Part shown: in pieces, positions 36,182 through 46,907 of the stretch
How the letters are laid out: each line of letters opens with the position of its first letter
How positions within the stretch are numbered: the first letter of the stretch is position 1
Source: an uncultured Gemmatimonadales bacterium
GTDB lineage: Bacteria; Gemmatimonadota; Gemmatimonadetes; Gemmatimonadales; GWC2-71-9
Length of the DNA: 64,000 nt
Direction: 5' to 3'
Assembly: GCA_963739455.1 (NCBI GenBank)
Contig: CAVUAK010000003.1
Coordinates: 160,001 to 224,000, forward strand
Notes under the pieces: generated by a model
What the model was told of the DNA's origin: nothing
Databases searched by the model: none
Seen by the model: only the letters and a program-made list of their open reading frames with translations
Program-made: the position numbers and the translations under genes

Positions 36182-36781
36182 ATGCGCCTGATTGACATGG
36201 GGACGCTGCCGGTGACGCTGATGGTGTCCCTCTGCGTGGCGGTGGTGCTGCTCATCATTCGCGTCACGATCATGCAGCGGGTGCAGAACATCCGGCAGCG
36301 CGAGAACCGGCAGGATACCGAGCGGCTCAAGTCACTCGCCGGCGCCTATCGGGCGCTGGCGGGATCATTTACCCCGGCGGGCCCCGGGGACCGGCGCCAA
36401 CTGGAAGAGGCGCTCTCCGACATCATCCTCTTCGGGGACCGTCCGCTGGTAGAGCTGGCCGCGAAGGCCGCGCACGACCTCGTTCGCACCGGCAGCGCGA
36501 ACATGGAAGCACTGGTCGAGGAACTGCGAGTCGACCTTCGCGCTCAGCTGGGGCTCGAGAAGTACCCGGCGGGACTTACGATCCCCGTTGCCGGACCCGG
36601 TCGTTCGACACGAGGCGACGGCGAACGCGCTGGCCGTGGTGAGGGCGGTGGGGGTGGGGGTGGGGGTGGCGGAGGTGGTGGGGGAGCTGGCGGCGCCGGG
36701 CTCGGTGGCGCTGCTATTGGGGGGCTCGGCGGCCACGCCCTCTCCGAAGCAGAGAACTCGGAGGGGCGCGGCGAACCTTAG
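36182..36781 (+). CDS. Hypothetical membrane-anchored protein with poly-Gly tail
   Basis: N-terminal TM helix; AAGGA RBS; follows the previous gene by 9 bp. Confidence 0.7.
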   Translation: MRLIDMGTLPVTLMVSLCVAVVLLIIRVTIMQRVQNIRQRENRQDTERLKSLAGAYRALAGSFTPAGPGDRRQLEEALSDIILFGDRPLVELAAKAAHDLVRTGSANMEALVEELRVDLRAQLGLEKYPAGLTIPVAGPGRSTRGDGERAGRGEGGGGGGGGGGGGGGAGGAGLGGAAIGGLGGHALSEAENSEGRGEP

Positions 36782-36782
36782 C

Positions 36783-38834
36783 CTACCACACCTTCACGCG
36801 ATCCTTCGGCGCCAGATAGAGCGCCTGACCCGGCTGCACGTCGAATGCCGGGTACCATGCATCGATATTCCGCACGGTAAACGCGCGATACTCGTCGGGC
36901 GCGTGACCATCCGCCAGGATGCCGCGCCGCAGGATCGGCTCCCGCTCCTTTTCCCGCCAGCTCTGCCCGTACGCAATGAAGAACTGCTGGTCACCGGTAA
37001 AGCCCTGGACCTCGGGCGCAGGCTTGCCCTTGAGCGACACATGGTACGCATCGAGTGCCGTCGCAAGCCCTGCCACGTCCGCGATGTTCTCGTTCAGCGT
37101 CTGCGCCCCGTTGACCGCCAGGTCGGGGAATGGCTTGTACGCATCGTACTGCGCGATGAGCTGCTTCGACGATGCCTCGAAGTGTTTCAGGTCATCGGGA
37201 GTCCACCAGTTCCGGAGCTTGCCGTCGGAGTCGAACTGCGCACCCTGGCTGTCAAAGCTGTGGCTGATCTCATGACCGATGGTCGCACCGATGGCGCCGT
37301 AGTCCATTGACTCGGGCCGCTTGGAGTCGAACCAGGGCGACTGGAGGATGGCCGCGGGAAAGTTCATGGCGTTGAGCGCCGGCAGGTTCACCGCATTCAC
37401 CGTCTGCGGCGTCATGACCCACTGCCCGCGGTCCACTGGCTGGCTCAGCATCGCCAGGTTGCGCTGGTACTCGTACGCATCGGAGCGCTCGGCGTTGCCA
37501 TACAGGTCGTCGGCAACAACCTTGAGTCCCGTGTACTCCGGCCACTTGTCCGGGTAGCCCACGCCCACCTTCAGTACCGCCAGCTTCGCCTTGGCCTCCT
37601 TCTTGGTGGCGGGGTCCATCCACGCCAGGCTGTCGATGCGAACGCCGAAGGCAACAATGAGGTTCTGCACCAGCTGCTCCACCCGCGCCTTGTCGGCCGC
37701 GGGGAAGTACTGCTCGGCGTACAGCTTGCCCACCGCATAGCCCAGCGCGTTGTTGGTGACGTTGACCCCGCGCTTCCATCGATCCCGCTGCTTCTGCACC
37801 CCGCTGAGCGACGTACCGAAGAACGCGAAGTTCTCCAGGCTGAACGCCCGCGGCAGGACACCGCCGTGCGACTGGATGGCGTGAAAGGTGAGGTAGTCCT
37901 TCCAGGTATCGATCGGCTGGCTCGCCACCAGCGCTGAAATGCCGGTAAAGGCACTCGGCTGCCATACGATGAACTCCGCAGGCTTGCTCAGCTGTGCGGC
38001 CGCGAAGTACGTCTCCCAGTCGAGGCCCGGGGCCTTCGAGGAGAAGTCCTTCCGCGACCAGTGATTGTTGCCGCGGGCTACGTCGCCCGATTGCTCCCTG
38101 CTCCAGTGGGCCTCGGCGATCCTCGTTTCCAGCTGCATGATGGACGCAGCCTTCGCATCAGCATCGGCGATGTTCGCCAGCTTCAGCATCGCGGCGATAT
38201 GTGCCTGGTACTTGACGCGAACCTCTGCCATCGCCGCCGAGCTGTCGACGTAGTAGCTGCGATCCGGCATGCCGAGACCGCCCTGGAGCAGGAACGGGGC
38301 GTACTTCTTCGGGTCGTTGAGGTCGGATGCGACCCAGAGGCCAAAAATGTTCTCGGTGTAGAAATTGGTGGAGTTGAGGGCATCGACATCGGCCTGCAAC
38401 GTCGATCCCAGCACCCGGGACAAATCCTTTCGCGTCTTGATAGCAGCAATCGCCGTGAAGGCCGGTTGCAGCGGCTTGGTGCCGGCGGCCTCGATGGCGG
38501 TCGTGTCCATGAAGCTGGCGTAGTAGTCGCCGATCATGCGTTGGGTTGATCCTATCGGCGCATTCGCCTTCGCCGCCGACTGGATCAGTTCCACCACCCT
38601 CTTGTCGGTCAGGTCTGCGAGCTGCGAGCCCGCCCCGATGGCACCCTTGTCCGCCGGGATCGGCGTGTCCCTGTACCAGGTGCCGTTGGTGAAGAGAAAG
38701 AAATTGTCGCCCGGCTTGACCGAGCGGTCCATGCCGGCCAGGTCGAGTCCGTCGTGCGTGGCAGATGGGACGGCGCCCATCAGGAGCACTGCGGCGACGG
38801 CTGCGATGACAATTGGGCGCTTGTTGCGGATCAT
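36783..38834 (-). CDS. M13 family (neprilysin/PepO) metallopeptidase
   Basis: VNA, GHEISHSFD, ENIADVAGL, DGHAP...R; signal peptide. Confidence 0.95.
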   Translation of the reverse strand: MIRNKRPIVIAAVAAVLLMGAVPSATHDGLDLAGMDRSVKPGDNFFLFTNGTWYRDTPIPADKGAIGAGSQLADLTDKRVVELIQSAAKANAPIGSTQRMIGDYYASFMDTTAIEAAGTKPLQPAFTAIAAIKTRKDLSRVLGSTLQADVDALNSTNFYTENIFGLWVASDLNDPKKYAPFLLQGGLGMPDRSYYVDSSAAMAEVRVKYQAHIAAMLKLANIADADAKAASIMQLETRIAEAHWSREQSGDVARGNNHWSRKDFSSKAPGLDWETYFAAAQLSKPAEFIVWQPSAFTGISALVASQPIDTWKDYLTFHAIQSHGGVLPRAFSLENFAFFGTSLSGVQKQRDRWKRGVNVTNNALGYAVGKLYAEQYFPAADKARVEQLVQNLIVAFGVRIDSLAWMDPATKKEAKAKLAVLKVGVGYPDKWPEYTGLKVVADDLYGNAERSDAYEYQRNLAMLSQPVDRGQWVMTPQTVNAVNLPALNAMNFPAAILQSPWFDSKRPESMDYGAIGATIGHEISHSFDSQGAQFDSDGKLRNWWTPDDLKHFEASSKQLIAQYDAYKPFPDLAVNGAQTLNENIADVAGLATALDAYHVSLKGKPAPEVQGFTGDQQFFIAYGQSWREKEREPILRRGILADGHAPDEYRAFTVRNIDAWYPAFDVQPGQALYLAPKDRVKVW

Positions 38835-38857
38835 GAATGTTTCAGCTTTCAGTCGGG

Positions 38858-41404
38858 TTACGGGGTGAGCCCGAAATTGAAGTAGAATCTTGCGGCCCCC
38901 GCGCCGCCAGCAACCGATACGGTGGCCCGCGTGCGTTCGTTCAGGAAGGCGAACCAGATGCCTCCGCCGTATGACGGATGCCAGGTTCGGGAGGATTCAC
39001 CCTCGATGAACACGCGGCCGACATCGACCAGGCCCAGCACTCCCAGGTCACTCGCCAGCGCCCGGGACACCCGGGCCAGCTGGAGCCTCAGTTCAGCGCC
39101 TCCGTACAGTGATGCGTCGCCGGCAAACCTGTTGTACCGCAGGCTCCGGACGGTGACCGCCCCACCAATGAAGGCGGCATCCATGAAGGGGTAGTCGCCC
39201 CAGACCTTCATGCCGCCAACCCTGAATCCAAGCGTCGGCTTCACCCCTCGCGGGTACAGGTTCCACGACCAGTTCACCACTGCATGCAGCTCGGCGTAAG
39301 TGCTCGGTACGCTCCAGACGGGCGCGTAGATGGAACCCCCGATGCTTGCATCGACGCCGGTGCTCGTTGGAGACGCCGCCCTGTTCGCGCTCCACGCTAC
39401 CACCGCGCTGGCGCCAAGCTGGCCGAAGTCGCCGGTTCCAAGCACCGTCTGTGTGCCGATGTAGCGATCCTGATCGTCCGACGTCACCGAGTAGACGCCC
39501 TTTGCACTCAATGAGAGTGTGCTGCGCCGGGTCAGCTGGAAGGTGATCCCCGGTTCGAGGGTGAACTGATTCTGGCGCACACGGTAAAACTCGTTCGGCT
39601 CGGGATCGGTCGTGTTATTCCCGAAGCCGTAGAAGTTGAGCGTCGCAATACCCGACGCACGCGCGAGGATGGTGAAGTGCGTGTTCGAGTTGGCGAGCCT
39701 GATGTCGCCCAGGATGTCGCCATTCAGGGTCTGCGCGCCGGTGGCATAGCCCACCCGGACGCGCCAGTTGCTGGAGTAGGCAACCTTCCTGAATCCATAG
39801 CGAAAGTAGGAAGCACTCACCCCGAAGAGGACGCCGATATCGGGGCCACCGGCTATCAAGGGGGTGTAGTCGCTGCGGGCTCCCCAATCGCGCGCCGAGC
39901 TGTCGCGCGGACTGCTGGTCGGGGGCCACCGCTTGCTGTCGAGCGCGTGCCCGATCGCCGTTGTGCCGTCGTCATCATAGAAATGGACCTTCCGGTTTTT
40001 CTCCGGATCCAGCAACTGGTCATTGCCATCACCACCAATGGCGCGCACCGTGACCGGAAATGTTCCCGCGCCGATGAATACCACGCGATCATCGCCGCCC
40101 AGCAGGTAAAGCCGGACGTCGCTGGTCTCCCTGCTCCAGAAAGTGCGGTCGATGTAGGCGCTCCCGCCTGACGCAGTCGCCGATTCACTGAAGAACTGCA
40201 CGCGCACATGCTCGTCGTCGACGCGTGTCACCGCGGTACTGTCGTTCACGCCGGTGGCGTAAAGATCGACCTGTCCAGCGAGCAGCCGGTAGTATTTGTC
40301 AGCTTGCTTCGGCAGCCGGTCACGACGGCTGATGAGTGCCGCGCGAAGCCACGCTCCATTGAGTGCCCGATACTCGGCGGGCATGCGGGCCACGGCCGAG
40401 TCGATCACGCGGTCAGTCAGGAGCGATGCCAGCTCAGCGGCCATGGAATCCCAGGCCGGTCGGCCGAGTGGCGCCAGGAAACGCCGGTCGAGATTGCGCC
40501 CGTTCCACGTCGACGCCACCACCGGTCCGTACCGGGGGCCGAACGTGAGCAATTGCGGAAACGTGTTCCGGGCAATCTGCGGGATCATCCCTCCGAACTG
40601 TACGAATGCCAGTTCGCGATGCTGGGAGACCGGCATCCAGAGCACCCCGTCCCCGTCCGGCTTCCCGGCCCAGCGCCACTGGTCCTGCTCCAGGTCCCAG
40701 TTGCCCAGATAGACGTCGAGCAGCCGGGCGCGGAGGAAATAGTCCGGGTCGACATGATTTCCCGGTCTTGTATTGATCTGGAGGAGCATTTCATCGGTAG
40801 TCACCAGTTCCGGGGCACCAGTGCTACCGGGAGGCGCGTCGCTGCCGTCGGTCGGTAGCTGCTCCAGGAAGCCAGGCACGCCGCCGAAATCGCGCTGAAA
40901 TTGCCCCAGTCGCGGAGTCTCGGGGAGATACACAAGGGTCAGGCTGCGGTGGAACACCCCAGCCGCCGCCGCGATGGGGTCCGCAACTGCGGGGGACGCC
41001 GGGTGAGAAGCACTGACCTGATCCTGCAATATCCTGGCAGCGAGGGTGCCGCGCAGGTCAGGCGGCAAGAGCCTGATGACGTCCCTGTTGACGGTGCGGA
41101 ACTCATATTCCCGTCCGTCGGCACCAGCGAAGCGAAGCGACCGGGGCTGTATGTCTCCCGTACTGTCATGCTCGACCGGATGCAGGCCTCCGGCAAAAGT
41201 GTCAAGGTCGAGAACCTCGATCCGCATGGGAGTGGTCCAGAGATCCCGGTAGTTGCTCCCCAGCAGCCAGCGATGCAGCCAGCCGGCACCGTAGCGAGGG
41301 CCGGCAACCACCGTCGCGCTGTCTGAGACAAGAGGGGCCGGGCTTTGCGCGTACACGGGCTGCGGCGCCAGACCTTGGGTCAAGACGGCCATCAGCACGC
41401 TCAA
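38858..41404 (-). CDS. Outer-membrane protein with C-terminal Omp85/BamA-like barrel
   Basis: GGAVTVRSL..NRFAGD, DVGRVF, SYGGGIWF, FYFNFG; N-domain YRDLWTTP...DQWRW. Confidence 0.7.
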   Translation of the reverse strand: MSVLMAVLTQGLAPQPVYAQSPAPLVSDSATVVAGPRYGAGWLHRWLLGSNYRDLWTTPMRIEVLDLDTFAGGLHPVEHDSTGDIQPRSLRFAGADGREYEFRTVNRDVIRLLPPDLRGTLAARILQDQVSASHPASPAVADPIAAAAGVFHRSLTLVYLPETPRLGQFQRDFGGVPGFLEQLPTDGSDAPPGSTGAPELVTTDEMLLQINTRPGNHVDPDYFLRARLLDVYLGNWDLEQDQWRWAGKPDGDGVLWMPVSQHRELAFVQFGGMIPQIARNTFPQLLTFGPRYGPVVASTWNGRNLDRRFLAPLGRPAWDSMAAELASLLTDRVIDSAVARMPAEYRALNGAWLRAALISRRDRLPKQADKYYRLLAGQVDLYATGVNDSTAVTRVDDEHVRVQFFSESATASGGSAYIDRTFWSRETSDVRLYLLGGDDRVVFIGAGTFPVTVRAIGGDGNDQLLDPEKNRKVHFYDDDGTTAIGHALDSKRWPPTSSPRDSSARDWGARSDYTPLIAGGPDIGVLFGVSASYFRYGFRKVAYSSNWRVRVGYATGAQTLNGDILGDIRLANSNTHFTILARASGIATLNFYGFGNNTTDPEPNEFYRVRQNQFTLEPGITFQLTRRSTLSLSAKGVYSVTSDDQDRYIGTQTVLGTGDFGQLGASAVVAWSANRAASPTSTGVDASIGGSIYAPVWSVPSTYAELHAVVNWSWNLYPRGVKPTLGFRVGGMKVWGDYPFMDAAFIGGAVTVRSLRYNRFAGDASLYGGAELRLQLARVSRALASDLGVLGLVDVGRVFIEGESSRTWHPSYGGGIWFAFLNERTRATVSVAGGAGAARFYFNFGLTP

Positions 41405-41472
41405 TAATGCAAAGCACCCCGGCGCCGGAGTGGCGACGGGGTGCTGCTGTTTCGACGTGGGGCTTCCAGGGA

Positions 41473-42033
41473 TTAGAACCGCCGGAACCCACCCTGACCG
41501 GGGTTGTAAACCCGATTGATCGCGATGGCGCCGCCATGGTGCGGGGCGCAGTTGTCATCGGGCATGCGGACCATGACACCGCTGCCGCCATGTGCGATGG
41601 TCTGGATCCTCGGGGGGTCGCCGCTGCCCATGGCTACAGCCGGGATGCTCGCGACCGTCTGCCCGGGGGCGAGCGCGTGCCCACCCCCTGCATGTGATTC
41701 CGCGGGTGGCGCGGCCGGCGCGTCGGGAACGACTTCCGGTGCCGGCGCCGGAGCCAGGTCCGTCGCCACCGCAGTTTCTTCGGTGGCGTTCGGACGCGGT
41801 ACCGCTGTCTTCACCTCGGTGACCAGGTGAACCTTGCCGCGACCCTTGCTCGCGGGCTTGGTCATCGACTTGCGCTCCACCGCCGAAAGAACCAGTGGCT
41901 CCGCCGCCGGCTGCGACGCGCCCAGATTCAGGTCGCGACCCGCACCGGCGCCTGCCGAGTTGACCGCTTCACGGTCGTTGCTGCATGAAACGAGAAGCAG
42001 TGCTGCAATTGCGGCGGGAAATAGCTTGCGCAT
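41473..42033 (-). CDS. Hypothetical lipoprotein
   Basis: MRKLFPAAIAALLLVSC lipobox; GGAGGG RBS. Confidence 0.6.
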   Translation of the reverse strand: MRKLFPAAIAALLLVSCSNDREAVNSAGAGAGRDLNLGASQPAAEPLVLSAVERKSMTKPASKGRGKVHLVTEVKTAVPRPNATEETAVATDLAPAPAPEVVPDAPAAPPAESHAGGGHALAPGQTVASIPAVAMGSGDPPRIQTIAHGGSGVMVRMPDDNCAPHHGGAIAINRVYNPGQGGFRRF

Positions 42034-42119
42034 GGACCGACCCTCCCAACGAATCATTCGTACTAAGTGCATTAGCAAGAATGGGGACGTCTCGAGTCCC
42101 GCGCAAGCACACAGCCGCG

Positions 42120-42509
42120 CTACACCAGTCGCAAGTCAGCCTCACGCACCCGATCCGCCGCAACGTCCAAGTGGCCACACCAGTCGTCGATCGCCCGCAG
42201 CAACTCGTTCGCGACCAGGGTGAACTCCGTAGCCTTCTGGTGAAAGGTTGTGAGCCAGGCCAGGCGCTCGCACCGGGCCTCCACCACGTCGCCAGCGGCA
42301 CGCAGCGCGGACCAGGCCTCGGGTTCGAGCAGCGCGGCGAGCCCGCCGGCCGCCTCGCGTTCAGCCCGGAACCGCGGCAGGAACCGTTCCCTCAGGTACG
42401 TCACCGCACGCGCGCGATCCCACACTGTCGCCGACTCGGCGCAGGCGGGCCTGAAGGCGTGTCGGGTCTCGGCGAGCCACAGGGCATGGATGGCCGGCAT
42501 GGTGGTCAT
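42120..42509 (-). CDS. Hypothetical helical protein
   Basis: GGAGGG RBS; overlaps the stop of the upstream gene by 4 bp. Confidence 0.55.
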   Translation of the reverse strand: MTTMPAIHALWLAETRHAFRPACAESATVWDRARAVTYLRERFLPRFRAEREAAGGLAALLEPEAWSALRAAGDVVEARCERLAWLTTFHQKATEFTLVANELLRAIDDWCGHLDVAADRVREADLRLV

Positions 42510-42712
42510 ATAGCCGGCCCTCCACTCCCGATGTCACGCTGCCGCACGACGTGCCAGTTCGGACAGAACCCACAGATGCCCGTCGCTACAAAGACGAGCC
42601 CGAGCAGGGTGAGATAGCGCCACGGTACCGGCAGTGCCCCATAAAAACCGAGCAGCCCCACGCCGACGACCGTCCTGAAGATTCGTTCCAACCACCTCAT
42701 GTCCGGCGTCAT
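42506..42712 (-). CDS. DUF2892/YgaP-like small membrane protein
   Basis: ERIFRTVVG...LLGLVFVATGICGFCP. Confidence 0.75.
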   Translation of the reverse strand: MTPDMRWLERIFRTVVGVGLLGFYGALPVPWRYLTLLGLVFVATGICGFCPNWHVVRQRDIGSGGPAI

Positions 42713-42852
42713 ATCTTGCCTCCACAGCCAATGCCCAGGACATGTTAGCACGGAGGGTATGAAGCACCGGTGGGGCCATCGTGAAGGACTATTGGGTGGA
42801 TCGCTCGCGACCGCGAGGGTCGTTGGTCTGGTGATCGCGCGCAGCTAGCGCG

Positions 42853-43062
42853 TCAACCGACAATGTCGACGTCGCCGGGGGCGACGACGACGTCCCCGTG
42901 GCCCTCCACCTCCACCGTGATGCGGTCGATCAGCGGATCGCTGCTGTGCCGCTGAATACGGCTGACCTCCACGATCGTGCCGGTCTTCCCGCTGACGCGG
43001 GGGACCCCCGTCTTCACGATCTTGACCGTGGTTCCCGGAATACAACGATCGATGTGCGCCAT
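42853..43062 (-). CDS. Small hypothetical protein (KOW/SH3-like pattern)
   Basis: GAGGGG RBS; PGTTVKIVKTG...GKTGTIVEV. Confidence 0.65.
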   Translation of the reverse strand: MAHIDRCIPGTTVKIVKTGVPRVSGKTGTIVEVSRIQRHSSDPLIDRITVEVEGHGDVVVAPGDVDIVG

Positions 43063-43109
43063 GGGCCCCTCGGATAGGAGGATCTGGGCGAAAACTCGTC
43101 TTGCGTACC

Positions 43110-43152
43110 TGTCAATTATATGATACATCTTTAGTGTCAAGTCAACCTGACA
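43110..43152. promoter_or_regulatory. Tandem PpsR/CrtJ boxes upstream of hemB
   Basis: TGT-caattatatgat-ACA (43110-43127) and TGT-caagtcaacctg-ACA (43135-43152), both TGT-N12-ACA, 7 bp apart in an AT-rich patch. Confidence 0.85.
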
Positions 43153-43163
43153 CTAGGGGTAAC

Positions 43164-44189
43164 GTGACGGCCTTTCCTCCCATCTCCAGCGATTCCCTGA
43201 TTTCCCCGGCACCGGTCATCCGCCCAAGGCGGCGCCGGAGGTCGGAGGCCATTCGCGGCCTGGTCCGCGAGCACCGGCTGCACCAATCGCAGCTGATTGC
43301 CCCGCTGTTCGTTTGTCACGGGCGCAACGTGCGGCGTGAGGTAGCCTCGATGCCGGGTGTCTTCCAGCTGTCGCTCGACGCGCTCGAGGCGGCGGCGGAC
43401 GGGCTGGTCGAGGCGGGAATTCAATCGGTCATCCTGTTCGGGCTGCCCGAGTTCAAGGACGACGTCGGGTCGGAAAACTTTGATCCAGAAGGGATCATCC
43501 CCCAGGCGCTGATGCGACTGAGACGCCGTCATCCCTCGCTCTGCCTCATCACCGACCTCTGTTGCTGCGAATACACCGACCACGGACACTGCGGCATCCT
43601 CCGGGGCGAGGAGGTCGACAACGACGCGACGCTCGAGATCCTGGGCCGCGCCGCTGTCGCGCACGCCGAGGCCGGTGCCGACATCGTGGCGCCGAGCGGC
43701 ATGATGGATGGGATGGTGCGCGCCATTCGCGCCGCGCTCGACGGAGCGGGACAGGCGGAGTGTGGCATCCTCAGCTATGCGGTGAAGTACGCCAGCGGCT
43801 TCTATGGACCATTCCGCGATGCCGCCGGCAGCACGCCCTCCTTCGGTGATCGCAAGCAGTACCAGATGGACCCTGCCAATGTGCGCGAGGCGATCCAGGA
43901 GGCACGGCTCGACGAAGCCGAGGGTGCCGACATGCTCATGGTGAAGCCGGCGCTTGCCTATCTCGACGTGCTCGCCACGGTGCGGCGCGAGACCACCCTT
44001 CCACTGGTGGCATACAGCGTGAGCGGCGAGTACGCGATGATCCGTGCGGCCGGCATCAACGGCTGGATCGACGAGCGACGGGTGGTGCTCGAGACGCTGC
44101 TCAGCATGCACCGCGCCGGCGCGGACGCCATCATCACCTATCACGCTGAAGCGGCGGCGAAGTGGATCGCCGCGGACGCGCGCGCATGA
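43164..44189 (+). CDS. hemB: Porphobilinogen synthase, Cys-rich Zn-binding type
   Basis: [52 protein letters not shown]. Confidence 0.97.
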   Translation: MTAFPPISSDSLISPAPVIRPRRRRRSEAIRGLVREHRLHQSQLIAPLFVCHGRNVRREVASMPGVFQLSLDALEAAADGLVEAGIQSVILFGLPEFKDDVGSENFDPEGIIPQALMRLRRRHPSLCLITDLCCCEYTDHGHCGILRGEEVDNDATLEILGRAAVAHAEAGADIVAPSGMMDGMVRAIRAALDGAGQAECGILSYAVKYASGFYGPFRDAAGSTPSFGDRKQYQMDPANVREAIQEARLDEAEGADMLMVKPALAYLDVLATVRRETTLPLVAYSVSGEYAMIRAAGINGWIDERRVVLETLLSMHRAGADAIITYHAEAAAKWIAADARA

Positions 44190-45507
44190 CCGCTGCGCTG
44201 CAGGACAGCCTCACCGCCGTATCAGAGGCGCTCTTCGAGCGGGCGCAGGGCCTGCTGCCCGGTGGCGTCAGCAGCCCGGTGCGCGCGTTTCGCGGCGTGG
44301 GCGGTACGCCCCGCTTCATCGCGCGAGGCGAGGGGCCATACCTCTTCGATGTGGACGGCACCCGATACCTCGACCTGGTGCTCTCGTGGGGCCCGCTCAT
44401 CCTGGGACATGCCGCGCCGCCGGTAGTGGCTGCGATCGCAAACGCGGCGCAGCGGGGCACCAGCTATGGCGCACCTTGCGAGGCAGAACTGGAACTCGCC
44501 GAGCGCATCATCGGCACCTTCCCGGCGCTCGAGATGCTCCGCTTCGTCAATTCCGGGACGGAGGCCACGATGAGCGCGCTCCGCCTGGCGCGCGCGGTGA
44601 CTGGGCGCTCGATCATCGTGAAGTTCGACGGCTGCTATCACGGACATGCCGACGCCCTGCTGGTGGCCGCCGGGTCGGGCGTCGCGACCCTCGGGCTCCC
44701 GGATTCGCCCGGCGTCACCGGAGCCGCCGCGGCGGACACCGTCGTCCTGCGCTACAACGATCTCGAGGCCGCCGAGCAACTCTTCCGCGCGCGCGGTGAT
44801 GCCATCGCCGCGGTGATCGTGGAGCCGGTGGCCGGCAACATGGGAGTGGTGCTTCCACGACCCGGCTACCTGCAGGGGCTCCGCGCTCTCACGGCGAAGC
44901 ACGGCGCACTGCTCGTGTTCGACGAGGTGATGACCGGGTGGCGTGTGCACCGGCAGGGAGCCCAGGTGCTCCACGGCATCGAGCCCGACCTGACATGCCT
45001 CGGCAAGGTGCTCGGCGGCGGGTTGCCTGCGGCCGCGTACGGCGGACGCTCGGCCTACATGCGCCAGGTTGCTCCCGTCGGGCCGGTTTACCAGGCTGGC
45101 ACACTTTCGGGTAATCCGCTGGCCATGGCGGCAGGGATCGCGACGCTGGATGCACTCGCGCAGCCGGGCACGTGGGAGCGTGCCGAATCGCTGGGCGGCG
45201 TCCGCGTCCAGGCTGCTCGAGTCCGAGTGCGCCCGCGCCGGCATTCCGGTCGTGGTCAATCGGGTGGGCACGATGTTCACGCCGTTCTTCACCGCGGAGC
45301 CGGTGACCGACTACGACAGCGCGCGGCGCGCCGATCGCGCGACCTACGCGCGCTTCTTCCACGCGATGCTGGCCGAACGGGGTGTACCTCGCGCCCTCCG
45401 CCTTCGAGGCGGCGTTCACCTCGGTGGTGCACGGCGAGGACGAACTGGACCAGTGGAAGGCCGCGGTGGAAGCGGCCGTGGCACACCTTCAGGATTGCAG
45501 GACATAG
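44186..45507 (+). CDS. hemL: Glutamate-1-semialdehyde 2,1-aminomutase, frameshifts near 45190 and 45390
   Basis: [64 protein letters not shown] in another frame. Confidence 0.95.
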
Positions 45508-45508
45508 C

Positions 45509-46907
45509 GTGGCGAACGTGGCCGTGGTCGGTGGCGGACTCGCCGGGCTCACGGCGGCTCACGCGGTGCGCGCGGAACGGCACGATGTGCAGGTGTTCGA
45601 GGTGGGAGGCGACGCCGGCGGGGTGATTCGCTCGGTTCGCGAGGGCGGGTTCCTTGCCGACCTGGGTCCCAACTCGATGATGGTGCCGCCGCCGCTGGTG
45701 ATGAGCCTCTTCGGCGACCTCAACCTGATGAGCGGAGCGGGTCGATGCGAACCCGCAGGCGCGCCGGCGCTATGTGGTGCGCGGTGGTCGTCCCTGTGCC
45801 GTGCCCAGTTCCCCGATGTCATTGTTCACGACGCCGCTGCTCTCGATGGGCGCGAAGCTCCGGCTGGTGACCGAGCCGTTTCGTCGCGCGCCTGCACCGT
45901 CTTTCGAGGAGAGCCTGGGTGAGCTGGTGCGCCGCCGGCTCGGGCAGGAGATCGTGGACTACCTGCTCAATCCCGTGACGGCGGGCGTGTACGCCGGCGA
46001 TCCCGATCGCCTGTCGGCTGCGCACGCCATGCCGTCGATCGGGGCGCTCGAGGCGCGCTATGGCTCGCTGGTTGGGGGTGGCCTGCAGATGATGAAGGGC
46101 CGCAACCACTCGTCGGGCGAGCCGGAGGGGAGGCTCTTCAGCTTTCGCGAGGGAATGGCCGCCATTCCAAGGGCGCTGGCTCGGCGCCTGGGCTCGTCGC
46201 TGCAGCTGCGTACTCGCGTCACGCGCATTGCCCGCGCAGGGTCGAGCTGGAGTGTCTCCAGCCGTGGTCCGTCGGGCATGGTGACCCAGCGATTCGACGC
46301 CGTGATCTGCGCCGCGCCGGCACACGCCTTTCCACTCATCGAGTTCGTGGGCGAAGCCGACGAGCAGTGGGAGACGCTGGCGGACGTGCACTATGCGCCG
46401 GTGGCGGTCGTCGTCACCGGCCTGGCGCGGTCCGACGTGGCGCATCCGCTCGATGGGTTCGGGGTGCTGGTTCCTGCGGTCGAGCACGGCCGGACACTGG
46501 GAACGCTCTTCTCATCCACGCTGTTTCCCGGCAGGGCGCCTGAAGGCTTCGTGACGCTCACGACCTTCCTCGGCGGGGAGCGCCAGCCGGAGATCGCCCT
46601 GGGTGACGAAGCGTCGCTGGCTGCCGCCGCCGATGCCGACCTGCTCGACCTGCTGGGTGCGCGGGGCACGCCGGCGTTCCGGCGCGTCCAGAAATATTCG
46701 CGCGCGATCCCGCAGTATCAGGTGGGCTACGGCCGGCTCAAGGCGGCGGGGGATGCGCTCGAGCGGGCCAACCCGGGGTTCGTGCTCGCGGGGAGCCATC
46801 GCAACGGCGTGGCGCTGAGCGACGTCATGATGTCCGGGCTGCTCGCGGCACAGGAGACCTGCGCCAACTTCGTTCCAGGACGCCAGCCGGCGGCGGTGGC
46901 GGGATGA
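45509..46907 (+). CDS. hemY: HemY-type proto/coproporphyrinogen oxidase, frameshift near 45735
   Basis: [15 protein letters not shown]...DLGPNS, GVYAGD...[16 protein letters not shown]. Confidence 0.9.

Noticed and set aside
36634..36712. G-rich tract as a non-coding element
   Set aside because: Explained by the in-frame poly-Gly tail of ORF 36182-36781.
44162..45922. HemL-HemY fusion in the ORF track
   Set aside because: Produced by frameshifts; the hemL C-terminus ends at 45507 in another frame and hemY has its own GTG at 45509.
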